Source of the DNA: a virus
Taxonomy: Duplodnaviria; Heunggongvirae; Uroviricota; Caudoviricetes
IMG/VR virus record: IMGVR_UViG_3300029288_000078
Coordinates: 54,733 to 118,732 of that record
Reading direction: 5' to 3' (one strand)
DNA: 64,000 nucleotides
The notes beneath the pieces are model-generated. The model did no database searches. It saw nothing but the letters and a program-made list of their open reading frames with translations, and was not told the DNA's origin. Below are positions 10,041-19,934 of the stretch, piece by piece. Within the stretch, counting starts at the first letter, position 1; every line of letters begins with the position of its first letter. The position numbers and the translations under genes were made by a program.

Positions 10041-11597
10041 TTAAGCTATCCTTATTGCTTCGATTGACCCGCGCCAACTTGGAGTTCCGCCTGTATATTC
10101 TACGCGCCCTGTAACGTAAAAGGTGGTCGGAGTGTATATAGTTACAGTTTTGTGTGGAACAGTAAGCGTTGGGATACACGTTTGCGCAACATATATTCCG
10201 AAGTTTACAAAGTCATACCCAAAGGTAACTCCATCGGGCACGCCACTGGTTACCCCCGTAGCTATAGTTGCTTCAAAATAACTTTGTCCTGTTCCCGAGC
10301 CGCCGGGAGATGCAATAGCGCTGATTCTCCATGTGCCGGGAGATAGAGTGATGCCAGTTAATGCTAAATGATTACCTGTAGTAGTAGCGTTCACCGCTAC
10401 AGTTAGCTTACTATTTACAATTTCCCTTTTACAATTCGTCGGCAATGCCCCGGTAGCTGCACCATGTAGACCGTTGCCAGAAGAGTCTAACCATAGATTT
10501 GTTGGTGTACCTGTTAAGGTTTGTGCAACAATCCCCTCCGGCTCCAGGTCAAGGACTGCGCCAAGTTGATATAAAAACATATTGTCCAATGTAGCTGTAG
10601 TTGTACCGTTCGCTAAAATACCGATATAAGTACTTAGACAGGTAAATTCTACGGTATTTGTTGCATTTGCAGTTAAAGTATTAGACGCAGCTACTTCCAC
10701 CCCATTAACTATCTTTTTAGTTACTGTTGCCCAAGTATTATGTAACCATAGTGCGCCTGTAACATTTCCTACAGTTACGGTTAACCGATATTTATTACCA
10801 ATAATAAAACCGTTTCTTTTTATTCCAGAGGTATCGGTAGCTCCTGTAAAAGTTACCTGTCCACCCGTGATAAGAACATTCACGTCAAGCGACCAATATC
10901 CGGTGTTGCTGCTAAAATCCTGATCAGCAGCTACGGTATTTTTTAATCCCCCTCCAATATCCTCCCAATCGAGCTTAGCGCCGTCGCTATATCTTTGGAT
11001 CTTTTCTGCGGGGAGGGCGTAGTTGAGAAGAACACAGCGTGATATTTGGTTTGGGTAACATAAACCATTATCATTAATTCTTAGATCAGAAGTTAAGTTT
11101 ACCATACCTGTGTAAGAGCCAATGGTCGATCCTGTATATGGTATCGATACCCCATCAATGTAAATTTTAAATCCTGAAGGAGATAGTGATCCGTCGTGCG
11201 TCACTGCAATAGTATGCCAATTTAAATCCTCGACTAATCCCGTAGCTGTAATTGCTTGTATATAATTAGTATTATTTGTTGAAAACAACTGGATTCTTAC
11301 TGCGCCAGCGTTGTTACACATAACTAAATACTCTTTTGCAGAGCCACCATATTCTTTACCAATATAAAGTCCTTCATCAGCAAGATCGAGTCTTTTGAAT
11401 GTACCAATTATGCTAATCGCACCTAATATAGATAGGTTGTTATTATCAGCAACTACTATGTTACTAGTGTTTGTAGCACCAGCATTAAACTTATAACTCG
11501 CCTTATCCGCCACCGCGTTTTGAATATCTTGCATAATGTCGTGAGTGAAGCCCGTTGCGTCATCTCTCAAAATTAACTTGTTCGTCTTGACTGTCAT
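10041..11597 (-). CDS. Tail fibre / receptor-binding protein B with LamG/ConA-like domain
   Basis: 518 aa; LamG-like WHTIAVTHDG...FKIYIDG; shares IQNA(A/V)ADKASY, RYSDG(G/A)KLD and GAVLDLEPEGI with fibre A. Confidence 0.7.
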   Translation of the reverse strand: MTVKTNKLILRDDATGFTHDIMQDIQNAVADKASYKFNAGATNTSNIVVADNNNLSILGAISIIGTFKRLDLADEGLYIGKEYGGSAKEYLVMCNNAGAVRIQLFSTNNTNYIQAITATGLVEDLNWHTIAVTHDGSLSPSGFKIYIDGVSIPYTGSTIGSYTGMVNLTSDLRINDNGLCYPNQISRCVLLNYALPAEKIQRYSDGAKLDWEDIGGGLKNTVAADQDFSSNTGYWSLDVNVLITGGQVTFTGATDTSGIKRNGFIIGNKYRLTVTVGNVTGALWLHNTWATVTKKIVNGVEVAASNTLTANATNTVEFTCLSTYIGILANGTTTATLDNMFLYQLGAVLDLEPEGIVAQTLTGTPTNLWLDSSGNGLHGAATGALPTNCKREIVNSKLTVAVNATTTGNHLALTGITLSPGTWRISAIASPGGSGTGQSYFEATIATGVTSGVPDGVTFGYDFVNFGIYVAQTCIPTLTVPHKTVTIYTPTTFYVTGRVEYTGGTPSWRGSIEAIRIA

Positions 11598-11665
11598 TGC
11601 TGTCTCCTAATCTGTTTTAGTCCGATGCCGACTTTAATATGAAATATAAAAGCTTGCTTTAGGTG

Positions 11666-12484
11666 CTATAGCTTTAGAACACGCCAAACCACCGATTGAG
11701 GGGCTCCTGATGTTTGTGTATATTGTATGTTTTGCCCACTTAAAGTGATTATTCCAAAGCTCGTATTAAGTGCCTGAGCTAAACGAGTTCCTCCATTTGC
11801 CGACATGACAATAGCAAAGGCTGAATAGTTTAGGCCGTCTACAGGGACTGATGCCGTTACTAAATAAGTCCCCATATCGCCACCGCCAAGATTTTGAACA
11901 GTATATATCGTCGTAGCAGTGCTGGTAGGTACTGTTAATTCACCGAATTGAGACGAAATTCTTCCATTAACTCTTAAAGTAATATCACCACTATTTGTTG
12001 GACCAACCGTCCAGTTTCCACTTTCAGAAGAAGATAGAGTTTCGGTAACAACCGAATTGTTCGATGATCTTTGGATTAAACTAAAAGTTCCTCTAGTACC
12101 TGCACTTGGGCCATAAGCATTTAAGTAGCTTATTGACGCGGAGTTCATTAGCCGTAATTTATTAGCTCCATGAAGCGTTGCACTACCGTCAACCCCAGAA
12201 ATATCTAAACCGTTAGTTACTCCAACAGCACCATTAAACATATGCTTAGCAGTAGAAGGGCTGGCAGCAGTTACTGTTAGAGCACCTGTACTGCTCTGAT
12301 TCAAAGTAGGGGTTGTCCCATCAGCAGCAAACAGACTAAAGCCCGATCCAACTGGAAACGTCGCGCTCTTGGTAGTACCAATGTACACGTCCATTGGTTG
12401 ACCAGCTTTGGATTTTATAACATCAGCGTAAGCTGGCGCAGACAGTCCTGCTAAGAGTAAAAGTAACTTAAGTTTTTTAAACAT
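11666..12484 (-). CDS. Fibre-like protein with N-terminal Sec signal peptide
   Basis: MFKKLKLLLLLAGLSAPAYA-D cleavable signal; fibre-like body and C-terminus GQNIQYTQTSGAPQSVVWRVLKL. Confidence 0.55.
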   Translation of the reverse strand: MFKKLKLLLLLAGLSAPAYADVIKSKAGQPMDVYIGTTKSATFPVGSGFSLFAADGTTPTLNQSSTGALTVTAASPSTAKHMFNGAVGVTNGLDISGVDGSATLHGANKLRLMNSASISYLNAYGPSAGTRGTFSLIQRSSNNSVVTETLSSSESGNWTVGPTNSGDITLRVNGRISSQFGELTVPTSTATTIYTVQNLGGGDMGTYLVTASVPVDGLNYSAFAIVMSANGGTRLAQALNTSFGIITLSGQNIQYTQTSGAPQSVVWRVLKL

Positions 12485-12486
12485 AA

Positions 12487-15174
12487 TTAAACACCTCTAT
12501 AATTAATTTCGTTATATGTTCCACCAACAGCCTCAACTAAAGCATTAGTAATTGTTCCTGCATTAGAAACTCCTGTCTCAACAAGGTTTCTATCAGCAGC
12601 AGCACCTAAGCTAAGTAAATTAGTAACCGTTACGCCACTATTTACTGTAAGATGGTTTCTGGTCATTGTGTTATCATCGCCAGTTATGCTTACCGCAGTT
12701 GTTAAAGTAGTGGCAAATATCCAAGAAGCACCAACTACATCGTTATTATTACCAGAAATAACCAATCCTGCTGCGGTACTAAATGTTATCGCAGTGTTTG
12801 GCATGAACTTAATTTCAATATTGTTTTTATCTAAAGTTAATGTTGTAGCCTGTGTGTGGCTCTTACCCATTAAAATAGAATCACCAGCAGCAGCGTCGGC
12901 ATATGCAGCAGCAAGGGTAGAATAACTACCAGTACCGAAGCCTACAAGTTTTGTGTATCCACCGTATTGCAAAGGAATCGCAGTAGCTAAAGGTGCATTA
13001 CCTGCAACAATTTGGTATTTCAATGTTGAACTAGGAGTAAACCCAGTCCAATCCAAATAAATATTATCGTTATCCCAATTTAATACCAGACCATTTGTGT
13101 TAATAGTGCGAATCCGTCCTGCGGTTACATCCCACTCTAAAACAGTAGCTCCCTTAATCATTTCTTTATTGTCAAGGTTGTGTGTCAACATAGTTGTAGC
13201 GGTAGAATCAAGCCAACTTGAAGTATATTGATTGGCCAAAGCTACAGCAGTTTTTGTATATCTGTTGTTATAAAAAGCTTTAACTTCTAAATATTTTCCA
13301 CCCGTGAAATCAAAGTTTGCTGTCTGTGTATCTATAGTTAACGAAGCTGCACTCTTGTCCATTAATAATGCACTTACATCTACAGACTGCTTATTTGTGC
13401 CGTCATAATAAAAGAAAGCAAAGTTCTGAGGCTCGCCAGTTAATCCATGAGATAAAACCAAAGCATTACTGTTTGTAGTTACACTTGTTTCATAAATTTC
13501 TACAGGATTTACTTCATCCAACATCATATGAATTTTGGAAGGACTTGTACCAAAAGCAGAGTTTGTACCTGTATAAGCATTTCCACTATCAGCAGTGTGA
13601 ACAAATCCAACATACACATAACGATAAAGTTGAATTAAATCAGGAGAAGTTGTGCTTAATAAAAATTGACTTACTGTTGATACGTTTATTACTTTTCTAC
13701 CATTATCAGTTAAAGTAATTGCATCGCTTAATTTCCAAAGGTCAATGTATAAATAATATGTAGTGCTATTCGCTGGGCTTGCAAGCAATGTAGCTAAATC
13801 AATATTTACATCAACATTAGTAGTAGTGCTGTCTGTTCCTGCGCCTGTTACTAAAGTGTATCCGTTGCTAAGTTGAATAAAACCAGCATTAAGTGTTGCT
13901 ATGCTACCGTTCATCTCGCGTATTTTAAAAGAAGAATCTCCACCAGCTCCGCCAGATCCTGCACCAATAAACTGATTAATATCTCCAACTACAACATCAG
14001 ACCAAGCTCCACCTGTGTACTGCAAAGGACAAATACCCACAGGTACGCCGCTCACAAAAGTAGGATATGTTGCACTGCCTAATGATGCATTTGGTTTTCC
14101 ATAAAGAGCATATATTTTTTGATCAGCTCTTATTTCAAAGCCAATGTAACAATAATCACCATTCACTACCGTAGGTAATGTGGTAGGTGTTACAAAGTTT
14201 CCTGTACCAACACCAGAAGAAATATCGTATGTACCACTTAACCCAGAAATACTTTTGCCGTCTAAAAGAGGTAAAGTTTTCTTTCGTCCATCCGGCATGG
14301 TCACTGTGGTTGTACTAACTGTAAATACTTTTCCAGCAGCAGTTAATTTTGCCGGGATTAATAATGCAGTGTTTGCGTTGTCGAGAATGACGTTTAATTT
14401 TGTATTCGCTGGAGTAGCGATTTCAGAAAGAGCATTTGCGTTATTGATAGTGTTGGTTTGTGTTTCTAAATCAACAAAACCTAAACCAGTTGGAGAGTTG
14501 TTTATGGTACCGCAAAGTATAGTTTCGATTTGATCTGTTTTGCCTGCTAAGGACAGATCGATTGGAAAATTACCTTCATTTAGCGTAGCATCAGCAATGT
14601 AAACAGTAGTGCCGTTTGTTAACGATGCAGCAGGAATTACAATATAACACTGTAACCCGTCTACTACAAAAGAAGGATCGGGAGGAGAGAAAGGAGTTGT
14701 ATTAAACACTCCCGTTACTCTTGTAAACTCATCGCCAGCCGGAATAGCAGCAAAGGAATTGTTAGCTAAATCAGTTTTTGTAGTATAGTCATCTTTAGCA
14801 TTTGGTTTTGCAATGCGTACTATAACATTGCTTAGACTAGTTCCTTTGGTGTGTCGAATCAGAAAACTAATAGTAAATGTTTTATTTTTTAAGAATCGTG
14901 CAGTGTCGGATTTAATTCTGTGTCCAACGATTATATCTCCACCACCTGTTGCCCAAGTCACGGCAATGGAATTTTTCGACCAAGTGGTATTAGGAGTAAT
15001 CACAGAGGAAACGGCTATTGTGTTTACACCACTGGAAGTAGTTTCATAGCCAAACCATCTGTCAACAGTCCATGTAGGGCTTGTAGTTAATGTAGCCGAA
15101 CTAAATGATCGATTGTTAATGGCAAAATTACCGTTAACAAAGAAGTTTTGTTTGTCGTCATATGGTCTAAACAT
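12487..15174 (-). CDS. Tail fibre/spike with carbohydrate-binding-like N-terminus and beta-helix-like C-terminus
   Basis: 895 aa; NFFVNGNF...WTVDRW motif typical of fibre CBM-like domains; C-terminal YSTLAAAYADAAAGDSI then parallel beta-helix-like repeats. Confidence 0.6.
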   Translation of the reverse strand: MFRPYDDKQNFFVNGNFAINNRSFSSATLTTSPTWTVDRWFGYETTSSGVNTIAVSSVITPNTTWSKNSIAVTWATGGGDIIVGHRIKSDTARFLKNKTFTISFLIRHTKGTSLSNVIVRIAKPNAKDDYTTKTDLANNSFAAIPAGDEFTRVTGVFNTTPFSPPDPSFVVDGLQCYIVIPAASLTNGTTVYIADATLNEGNFPIDLSLAGKTDQIETILCGTINNSPTGLGFVDLETQTNTINNANALSEIATPANTKLNVILDNANTALLIPAKLTAAGKVFTVSTTTVTMPDGRKKTLPLLDGKSISGLSGTYDISSGVGTGNFVTPTTLPTVVNGDYCYIGFEIRADQKIYALYGKPNASLGSATYPTFVSGVPVGICPLQYTGGAWSDVVVGDINQFIGAGSGGAGGDSSFKIREMNGSIATLNAGFIQLSNGYTLVTGAGTDSTTTNVDVNIDLATLLASPANSTTYYLYIDLWKLSDAITLTDNGRKVINVSTVSQFLLSTTSPDLIQLYRYVYVGFVHTADSGNAYTGTNSAFGTSPSKIHMMLDEVNPVEIYETSVTTNSNALVLSHGLTGEPQNFAFFYYDGTNKQSVDVSALLMDKSAASLTIDTQTANFDFTGGKYLEVKAFYNNRYTKTAVALANQYTSSWLDSTATTMLTHNLDNKEMIKGATVLEWDVTAGRIRTINTNGLVLNWDNDNIYLDWTGFTPSSTLKYQIVAGNAPLATAIPLQYGGYTKLVGFGTGSYSTLAAAYADAAAGDSILMGKSHTQATTLTLDKNNIEIKFMPNTAITFSTAAGLVISGNNNDVVGASWIFATTLTTAVSITGDDNTMTRNHLTVNSGVTVTNLLSLGAAADRNLVETGVSNAGTITNALVEAVGGTYNEINYRGV

Positions 15175-15183
15175 TGTATTACC

Positions 15184-16452
15184 TCAAATTACTCGCCAGT
15201 TTGTTGAACCGTCAGCTTTAAATCTATAAGTTTCGTTTTGTGAAGTGAAAGTGAAGGAGCTTAAGCCTTCAATGGTATCTGAACCTGATGTGACAGTGAC
15301 TTTGTAATCATTTGGATTAAGTTTTTTAATGATTACTTCCATGCCTTTTAATGTGCTGGCTGATAACAAGTTAATACTTACATCATTTAAATTGGCAGCA
15401 TCTACTTGTATTAGGGTGTGGCCTTTTGTCAGACTAAAAGCAGTGATAGGAGACATGATACTTGTAACTGGAGTAGAAATACCTCCGTCTACAGTTAGCA
15501 TTGAGTATGTGTTTGAAGTTCCTATGGAGAAATTAACACCAATAGAGGGTGTCATTCGAGCCATTTCAGTATTACCGCATTTAAAGATAAACGGCATACC
15601 ACTTGTGGTGCCGAGTATTAAACTGGCTGCAACGAAATTGCCGCCATTAAATGCGACTTGTTTCCATACGGCAGCTGCATTAGTATTGTCGGTACATAGA
15701 TAAATTTCTTTTGTGTTTGTATTAAGCCAGAGTGAACCGTTTTTGTATGCGTCAATATCGGAGTTAGTATTTGGCGTTGCTGTTGATATAGCTAATTGTA
15801 CTAAGTTGTCATGTCCCCCATCTCCAAATACGCCGCCATTTATGTTGGTTAAGAGTAAATGATCTGTAGGAGAGGCTGTGTCGTAAATCTGATGTATGCG
15901 AGAGATTCCGCCTACACTGTTTTCGATCACACTAGTAGCAGAACCAAGTGTTTTGAACTTACCAGCTATGTCTGTACATTGTAGTTCTATACAGCTGAAT
16001 AAAACGCCACCTGTTACATAGGTTGAGAGAGGACTTGCAAGGTTGGCTTCTAAAGGTTCTTCTGGAGTAAAAACAGCAGCAATAGTGCCATTTCTTAAAG
16101 TCCAAAATACGCATCTACGAAAATATCCCACAGTACTTGCAGGAAAGGTAATTGCAATGGCAGCGTTGTTTGTGGTTTGTGTCTGAAAATCAATCCAATT
16201 GTCTACAAAATTAATACTGTAGTCTTCTGCAAATTTAGTAATTCTATCTGTACCGTTACTGGATTTAACGATATTTGCGGAGAAGTATAGTTTAGCATCC
16301 GGTGTATTGGCGGCATAAACCCTGATAGGATGACGAGTATTTTGCTCTATATAGTCAACAATGGTATTTATAGGAGTTTCGCCTGTGGTACCTATTGCTA
16401 GTAAAGCATTTTCTTGTGTTAACTGACTGGTTTTTGGATAAGTACGTGGCAT
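15184..16452 (-). CDS. Tail fibre/baseplate-associated protein
   Basis: 422 aa; C-terminal trimer-type motif (VDAAN...INLLSA...IIKK...VTV...DTIEG...NWRVI) common in tail appendages. Confidence 0.55.
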   Translation of the reverse strand: MPRTYPKTSQLTQENALLAIGTTGETPINTIVDYIEQNTRHPIRVYAANTPDAKLYFSANIVKSSNGTDRITKFAEDYSINFVDNWIDFQTQTTNNAAIAITFPASTVGYFRRCVFWTLRNGTIAAVFTPEEPLEANLASPLSTYVTGGVLFSCIELQCTDIAGKFKTLGSATSVIENSVGGISRIHQIYDTASPTDHLLLTNINGGVFGDGGHDNLVQLAISTATPNTNSDIDAYKNGSLWLNTNTKEIYLCTDNTNAAAVWKQVAFNGGNFVAASLILGTTSGMPFIFKCGNTEMARMTPSIGVNFSIGTSNTYSMLTVDGGISTPVTSIMSPITAFSLTKGHTLIQVDAANLNDVSINLLSASTLKGMEVIIKKLNPNDYKVTVTSGSDTIEGLSSFTFTSQNETYRFKADGSTNWRVI

Positions 16453-16504
16453 AGTTAATCCTCAAAAATTAAAATCATTGCTAACAACATTGTAGCTCAA
16501 CTGA

Positions 16505-17224
16505 TTATCCCAATAGTAATATCGATATCCAATCACCATTAGGAATTGTGTAGTTAAACGTTACAACTGAGCCGGAAGTAGTGTAATCGTATCCACCGCC
16601 TGGTCGTCTTGGAAGTCCGTTATGTACAACTAAAACGTTTTTGCCGGTGAGGTCAGAAGATGCGGTAAATTGGGTTTGGCCTGCGGAAGTGATGTCGTCT
16701 CTGCCCATTGCATTGGGTAGGCCAAAAATCGTAACCCAATGTCCGGCAGGTATTGTATATAAGAAAGATACTGTGTCGTTTAAAACTGTGTAATCGCTGC
16801 CTAGTTTTTTTAAAATACCATTGTGCATTACAACTTCGATTTTGTTTAATAGTCCGTCGAGGTAAACAAAATCGGTTTGGCCAGTAGAGGTATAATCATC
16901 GCGCCCGCTTCCGAAGGCTGTAGCTTTATCTGTGAATGAAAGTTTTTTATTACCATCGGTTGTTAAGATTTGCCCTGGGGTACCATCGGTTGGTAATTCA
17001 AAAACCACATTCGCCGTTAAACTATTTGGAGCCTTAAACCCTACATAATGACTACCATTGGCGGCTAGTTCTTTTAAACGTAGTTCGCCAACAGTAGCAG
17101 CATCAATTGGTTCAACAGAAACATTTGGAGTGGATAATGTTTTTGAGCTAATGTCATAAAATATTTCTTTGATTCGGCCTTTTAAACCAGTAACCGTATT
17201 ATGAAAATCAAGTAACAAGCTCAT
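16505..17224 (-). CDS. Virion protein with two tandem C-terminal beta domains
   Basis: Duplicated GRDD(Y/I)TS.GQT.F...V.HNG...DYT....V.F.YTIP.G.W unit. Confidence 0.55.
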   Translation of the reverse strand: MSLLLDFHNTVTGLKGRIKEIFYDISSKTLSTPNVSVEPIDAATVGELRLKELAANGSHYVGFKAPNSLTANVVFELPTDGTPGQILTTDGNKKLSFTDKATAFGSGRDDYTSTGQTDFVYLDGLLNKIEVVMHNGILKKLGSDYTVLNDTVSFLYTIPAGHWVTIFGLPNAMGRDDITSAGQTQFTASSDLTGKNVLVVHNGLPRRPGGGYDYTTSGSVVTFNYTIPNGDWISILLLG

Positions 17225-17284
17225 ATTATAACCCAGCCCAAGATATTAAGTTTGGTATATGCAATTGATATTGTAGCTAATTCC

Positions 17285-18892
17285 TTACGACAATATCTCA
17301 ACTACTTCTTCTGGGTTGAATGCAAGTTTGGCAGTGGTAGTCGTTTTGCCAAGAGGAACAATGCAGTTAGTTACTGTGCTAGGAGCTGTAGGAGTAATGG
17401 CACCGGCAGTAGCAGCAGATAGATAGTACATTACGCCAACAGTTAATGCAGCGTAGCTTCCGTATGCGTCAACTGGTTTGCCTTCGAGGAAATGGATTTT
17501 ACCAGAAGCGGTAGTAGCAATGGAGGCGTCGATTACAATGCCGAGTTTAGAACTACAAGTAGCAATAGCGTCGGCTTTAGCTAAATCAACATGACCATTA
17601 GTCTTAAGATAAACAATTTGACCAACAGTAATGGTGCTGGCATTATCGTTTACGCATATTTCGAAATCATCAGAAGAGTTAGCTTTAAGAGCTAATGCAT
17701 CAAATACGGCATTTTGACTAGGAGCAACATCAGTTACGCCGTCTACAATAGCATCGGACACAGCAGCGGCTTTAGCGCGAGCATCTGTGTAATAAAGATT
17801 GGTGCCTTCTGTGATATTAGTAGTTGTGATTGTAACGGCACCAGCGGTAGGTGATTGACCGTTTACAGTTTTAACAACAACAGAGTCATCGGCTTTAAGG
17901 GCTAATGCATCAAATACGGCATTTTGACTTGGAGCTACATCGGTAATAGCATCAGTAATTGAGTCAGCAACGGTTGCAGCTTTAGCGCGAGCATCGGTAT
18001 AATAAAGGTTAGTCGTTCCTTCGCTGACATCATCTGTATCAAGAGACACTACGCCTTGTTGACCGTTTACAGAAGTAACGGCATCAGCAGCAGGGGAATG
18101 CTCCCAAATAGTACCGTTAAATATTGCAAAATCGCCAACTCCGTACAATACAGCATTCATAGTACCGGCTGTATTAGCGCGATAAACATCGCCCAAGTTT
18201 GGAGCAGCAGCGCCACCAGTTAAAGCGGTAGGGCCAGAAGCTGCGGGAGTAATACCGCCTTGCATACTAGAAGAGTTTAGCGAGAATACAGCTGATATAC
18301 TTCCGCTAACAAGTTGCCATTCAGTGTAAATATTATTATTGGTTGTTGTTCCTGCTTCGATGTTTACTTGTAAGTTAAGTCCACCGTTTGTAAGAACAAA
18401 AGTAGGAGTTGCACCAATGCCGGCACCATGAACATAAGAAACGGATAAATCATTTCCTACTACACCAGCGACAGTCGAGTACCAAAGCATGTTTCCAGGA
18501 AAAATAACTGAGGCACTTGTTGCGATAGTAGAGAGTGCGCCGCTATTAGGGTTAAATGCGCCTTTGTATTCCATAACGCTATTAGGCAATTGAGCAACAG
18601 GTACTTTACCGCCGGCATCCAAAGTAGCAACACCGTTATTAGCAGCGCGTTGTGTCAATGGAATAAAAGTATCGGTTGTATATTTCTTGGTAGCCGCATC
18701 TTGATCATTTACAGGATCAGCTACATTGGTTAATCGTTTAGCTCCAAGATCAAAATGACCAGTAGCTGTAGCACTTTCTTTGATTTCGATGGCTGAAGCG
18801 CCGACCTTAATACTTAGAAAGTCAATTGTTTCTTGCGCGGTATTGCGGATTTTCTTGCCATTCTCGTAGACGTAAATATTCCTAGCTGCCAT
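17285..18892 (-). CDS. Fibre-like virion protein with internal duplication and DUF2190-like C-terminus
   Basis: LTNVADPVNDQDAATKKY stalk motif; two copies of EG(T)TNLYYTDARAKAA...DVAPSQNAVFDALALKA. Confidence 0.6.
   Translation of the reverse strand: MAARNIYVYENGKKIRNTAQETIDFLSIKVGASAIEIKESATATGHFDLGAKRLTNVADPVNDQDAATKKYTTDTFIPLTQRAANNGVATLDAGGKVPVAQLPNSVMEYKGAFNPNSGALSTIATSASVIFPGNMLWYSTVAGVVGNDLSVSYVHGAGIGATPTFVLTNGGLNLQVNIEAGTTTNNNIYTEWQLVSGSISAVFSLNSSSMQGGITPAASGPTALTGGAAAPNLGDVYRANTAGTMNAVLYGVGDFAIFNGTIWEHSPAADAVTSVNGQQGVVSLDTDDVSEGTTNLYYTDARAKAATVADSITDAITDVAPSQNAVFDALALKADDSVVVKTVNGQSPTAGAVTITTTNITEGTNLYYTDARAKAAAVSDAIVDGVTDVAPSQNAVFDALALKANSSDDFEICVNDNASTITVGQIVYLKTNGHVDLAKADAIATCSSKLGIVIDASIATTASGKIHFLEGKPVDAYGSYAALTVGVMYYLSAATAGAITPTAPSTVTNCIVPLGKTTTTAKLAFNPEEVVEILS
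17680..18085 (-). repeat. Intragenic tandem duplication of about 68 codons
   Basis: Near-identical DNA, e.g. gctaatgcatcaaatacggcattttgact and gctttagcgcgagcatc each twice; boundaries approximate. Confidence 0.8.
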
Positions 18893-19101
18893 TATTTCTC
18901 TCCTTCTGTGGTATTAAAACTAAAGGAAACTCTCACAATAGCTTCTATTCCACTGCCACTAACTAAATTCTGTACTTTTTCAGAAAGATCTTTTGATATC
19001 TCTGCCATTTTAGATTCGAAGTCTGGGTGATTCTTGATCACTTCGCTTAAATCTACTTTTGTTTTCCTCTTAGATTTTACAGTACTTTTCTTAAGAACCA
19101 T
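18892..19101 (-). CDS. Small basic hypothetical protein
   Basis: 69 aa ORF coupled between structural genes. Confidence 0.5.
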   Translation of the reverse strand: MVLKKSTVKSKRKTKVDLSEVIKNHPDFESKMAEISKDLSEKVQNLVSGSGIEAIVRVSFSFNTTEGEK

Positions 19102-19106
19102 GCTTT

Positions 19107-19925
19107 TTATATCTCCTGTTGAATATCGAGTTCCATATGTAAGTCGATTGCGTTGGGTGTTGCGATTCCTGATGGAGGTTCAGCTCGGCCAATAGAAATG
19201 ATACTCACATTTATGTCTGTTATAGGAGTTGTGGTCATATCTCCGGGAATTGTTGGATGTAATAATACTTGAGCACCGGGTGTGGCATTTAATCCAACTA
19301 ACGCGCTGGGTATGTAACCTTGTTTGATTATCCACCCGAACGAACTGTCTGTGATTTCTTGCACTGTTATACCGGCTATATCAGATAAGCTATGTAAAGT
19401 TGCGTCGGCTAAACTTACTGAGCCGTTATCATTCCAAGCAACTATTTTATATTTAGCTATTGTTGATCCACTGCCGTTTTTAACTTCTTTATTACCAAAA
19501 GGATCAATAAGAGTTCGCATGTCATTATTGCGAGCGTATTGAACTACGTAATCGGGAATGGTATGTACTGTAGGAGCTGAATGAAAAGATAATTGTTTAT
19601 TGGAAGAAGGTCGGGATATAAAACCAGCCGATCCTGTTACTTCTCCTATATCAACAACGTCATTACCGTCATCATCCCAAGCTAAGTCACAGTTAATTGT
19701 CATTCCAAGGCGGCTATTAATGCTGGTAACTTTGTAGCGATTAACAGTGCCGGGAAAAGAAAAGCTATTAAAGCAATCGATAAAAACGATGTCATTAACT
19801 TGTACGTCAAAGGCAGAAAACAAACCTAATCCATCAAACAGTTCTGCGTCTACTGTCCAACTGGTAGCAGTATTTTGAGCTGAACTTAGTGGTATAAACC
19901 TAGCGTTAAAAGGCACTGCTGACAT
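19107..19925 (-). CDS. Virion structural protein with DUF2190-like C-terminal domain
   Basis: C-terminus (TIAKYKIVAW...VSLADA...IAGIT) resembles C-terminus of 17285..18892. Confidence 0.45.
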   Translation of the reverse strand: MSAVPFNARFIPLSSAQNTATSWTVDAELFDGLGLFSAFDVQVNDIVFIDCFNSFSFPGTVNRYKVTSINSRLGMTINCDLAWDDDGNDVVDIGEVTGSAGFISRPSSNKQLSFHSAPTVHTIPDYVVQYARNNDMRTLIDPFGNKEVKNGSGSTIAKYKIVAWNDNGSVSLADATLHSLSDIAGITVQEITDSSFGWIIKQGYIPSALVGLNATPGAQVLLHPTIPGDMTTTPITDINVSIISIGRAEPPSGIATPNAIDLHMELDIQQEI

Positions 19926-19934
19926 AAAAATTCC

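Noticed and set aside
10039-10179. 5' extension of the 9517..10179 ORF, and similar extensions at 41188, 48818, 49178, 51316 and 52304
   Set aside because: Extensions overlap upstream genes or promoters; internal ATGs have proper SD sequences.
7898-11597. Diversity-generating retroelement acting on fibre tips
   Set aside because: No reverse transcriptase in the window, and no TR/VR pair differing only at adenines; shared blocks differ at all base types.
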